A DNA stretch of 28,893 nucleotides. Source: Deltaproteobacteria bacterium (GTDB lineage Bacteria > Myxococcota > Kuafuiibacteriia > Kuafuiibacteriales > Kuafuiibacteriaceae). A model generated the notes under the pieces. The model was not told the origin of the DNA, made no database searches, and saw only the letters and a program-made list of their open reading frames with translations. Shown here in pieces: positions 26,747-28,893 of this stretch (its first letter is position 1; each line of letters begins with the position of its first letter). The stretch is from contig JAVJQW010000031.1 of the NCBI GenBank assembly GCA_040218735.1, positions 1 through 28,893 on the forward strand, given 5' to 3'. The translations under genes and the position numbers were made by a program.

Positions 26747-27450
26747 AGCGAGTATCCGGCGCTCGACGCGTCGTTGTAGAACATCTGCACGGTCTCGAGC
26801 GAGAACTGCGCGAGGTCCTTACCGAAGTTCTTCACCTGCCCGATGATCGACGGCGTCGCGGTGATGATGTGGCAACCGCACTCCTGCGCCTGGATGATGT
26901 TGAGCGCCTCGCGCGGGCTCGCCCACAGCACCTCGGCCTTCGGGTTCGCCTTCGCGATCTCGACGGCGCGCTTCATCGCCGGCATCGGGTCGAGGCCCGT
27001 GTTCGCGATGCGACCCGCGAAGACCGAGATCACCGACGGCGTGTCGTTGTTCAGCGCCTCCGTGATCCACTCGACCTGCGCCTCCGTGAACACCGCGGTG
27101 ACGTTCAGCTTCACGCCCGCGTTCGAGAGGCTCGTGATGATCGGCGCGGTCGAAACACCCTTTGTGTTCGTCACCGGGATCTTCACGTAGACGTTGTCGC
27201 CCCACTCGGCGATCAGCTTCGCCTGACGCTCCATCTCGTCGAGCTCGTCCGAGAAGACCTCGAAGGAGATCGGCATGTCGGTGATCTTCTCGAGCACCTT
27301 CTTCGCGAACGCGACGTAGTCCGTGACGCCCGCCGCGCGCATCAGCGTGGGGTTCGTCGTGAAGCCTTGAATGCGCCCACTCTCGTAGGCCGCCACCATC
27401 TCGTCGAGGTTGGCGCCATCGGCGTAGAGCTTGATCGTGAGGTCTGCCAT
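26743..27450 (-). CDS. tal: Transaldolase (short type)
   Basis: YADGA, GFTTNPT, SFEV, VYVKIP (Schiff-base Lys), SVFAGR, LWASPRE; start MADLTIK. Confidence 0.92.
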   Translation of the reverse strand: MADLTIKLYADGANLDEMVAAYESGRIQGFTTNPTLMRAAGVTDYVAFAKKVLEKITDMPISFEVFSDELDEMERQAKLIAEWGDNVYVKIPVTNTKGVSTAPIITSLSNAGVKLNVTAVFTEAQVEWITEALNNDTPSVISVFAGRIANTGLDPMPAMKRAVEIAKANPKAEVLWASPREALNIIQAQECGCHIITATPSIIGQVKNFGKDLAQFSLETVQMFYNDASSAGYSL

Positions 27451-27566
27451 CAGGAGTGTGCTTACTAGAAAACGAAGACGTGCACCACGCGCTTCGCACG
27501 TTGACTGCTCAGTCTTGAAACGCGATGTTCCCGCCCCTGCGCGACACGTCGCAGGTCGAACCACGG

Positions 27567-28772
27567 ATGACCGAAAAGACGCTCACCGTACTCCCCAGCT
27601 TGACGGGGATACGCCGCCCCAACGGGCGCATCGTTCTGGCCGGACGCTTCCTCTCCGGCATGAAGGCCTACCGCGAGCTGTGGGACGGGCCCCTGATCGC
27701 CGTCGTAGAGCCCCAGAGCGCGTCCGTGGTCGACGAGGACCGAAAACTCGGCGGAGACGACGTCGAGATCGATCCCTCCAACGCCGACTTCGAGACGGTG
27801 CTCCTGGACTACGACGACCGCAGCGCCCTCACCCGCGAGCTGTCCCGCGCGAGCATCGTCCTCGGCGGAATCCACTATCGGCAGAACCACATCTGGTCGC
27901 TGGGTGAGAAGGCGCGCGTGCCCGTCGTGTACACCTCCGAGTACACGCTGAAGACCCGGCTGCAGGTCGTGCACGCCAGCGTGAAGAACCCGCTCGTGAA
28001 AGCCCGACGCATCGCGTGGGAGGTGAACCAAGAGCGGCAGATCCGCGTCGGCCTTCAGCGCTCCGCCGGCCTGCACGCCAACGGCACGCCGACCTACGAG
28101 GCGTACCGCGATCTGTCACCGAGCCCGCTGTTGTTCTTCGACGGCCGCGGCAGCGACGCGATGCTCGTCCCGCCCGACACCCTCGAGGAACGCCTCACGC
28201 GCCTCGACGGCCCGGGCCCCCTCCGCCTCGTCTTCGCCGGGCGCATGAACCACATGAAGGGCGCGGACGAGCTGTTGAAGGTCGCGCGCCAGCTCCTCGA
28301 CGACCGCGTCCCGTTCACGCTCGACATCTACGGCGGCGGCATCCTCGAAGACACGATGCGCGAGACGATCGCGATGGAGCAGATGGGTCACGCCGTGCAC
28401 ATGCACGGGTTCGTCCCGTTCTCGGAGCTGATGCCGCGCATCGGCGTCGACTACGACTTGTTCCTCTGCTGTCACGTGCAGGGCGACCCGTCCGGGATGT
28501 ACCTGGAGATGCTCGGCAAGGGGCTCCCGTTCGTCGGCTACGGGAACGAAGCGCTCGCGGGGATTCTGCGCATCACGAACGTCGGCGTCGTCGCGCCCGT
28601 GCGTGATCACGTCGGGTGCGCGAAGCACATCGGTCGCCTCGCTTCGGATCCGGATCGCATTCGGTTCATGGCGCGCGCGGCGCGTGCGTTCGCGCAGCGG
28701 CACACGTTCGATCGCAGCTTCAAGCGGCGCATCGATCACCTGCGATCACTCGCTAGTCACCTGCGTCAGTGA
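27567..28772 (+). CDS. GT4-like glycosyltransferase
   Basis: LRLVFAGRMNHMKGA, DLFLCCHVQGDPSGMYLE..G.GLP; divergent from the heptose operon. Confidence 0.85.
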   Translation: MTEKTLTVLPSLTGIRRPNGRIVLAGRFLSGMKAYRELWDGPLIAVVEPQSASVVDEDRKLGGDDVEIDPSNADFETVLLDYDDRSALTRELSRASIVLGGIHYRQNHIWSLGEKARVPVVYTSEYTLKTRLQVVHASVKNPLVKARRIAWEVNQERQIRVGLQRSAGLHANGTPTYEAYRDLSPSPLLFFDGRGSDAMLVPPDTLEERLTRLDGPGPLRLVFAGRMNHMKGADELLKVARQLLDDRVPFTLDIYGGGILEDTMRETIAMEQMGHAVHMHGFVPFSELMPRIGVDYDLFLCCHVQGDPSGMYLEMLGKGLPFVGYGNEALAGILRITNVGVVAPVRDHVGCAKHIGRLASDPDRIRFMARAARAFAQRHTFDRSFKRRIDHLRSLASHLRQ

Positions 28773-28893
28773 TTGCTTGCGTATGTCGCGAGCCGAGTTT
28801 CGTGCCTGGTGCCCGCGTGAGGAGGGCGCATACCGGGCGTACGCAACCGACGAGAGCCGAAGGCGGCGCGGGCAGCAGGCGCGAAAGGCGGCC

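Noticed and set aside
28773-28893. Partial gene at the right edge
   Set aside because: Too short, with no recognisable motif in the frames examined.

Overview
GC-rich bacterial chromosomal segment. The MYXO-CTERM-like tail, DUF1592/DUF1552 pair, DUF2330 and Cys-rich repeat lipoprotein point to Myxococcota. About 27 CDS, left to right: a stand-alone four-helix-bundle (Avd/IVP-like) gene followed by a GNRA-loop hairpin and an 18-bp tandem array; a lipoprotein; a cytochrome-c/CBM/DUF1592 + DUF1552 pair; an alpha/beta hydrolase divergent from an XRE-MmyB regulator with a palindromic operator; several envelope proteins; a polysaccharide-modification block (GH-like protein, deacetylase, GT4, methyltransferase); DUF3014; a Cys-rich repeat protein; ArsR-SRPBCC; and a seven-gene nucleotide-heptose operon with its own transaldolase, divergent from a GT4. 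No rRNA, tRNA, CRISPR, transposase or reverse transcriptase was recognised. The best novelty candidate is the four-helix-bundle/hairpin/repeat cassette at 2-612. Four enzyme-like proteins appear to have substituted catalytic residues. All family calls are by-eye motif recognition, not database searches.
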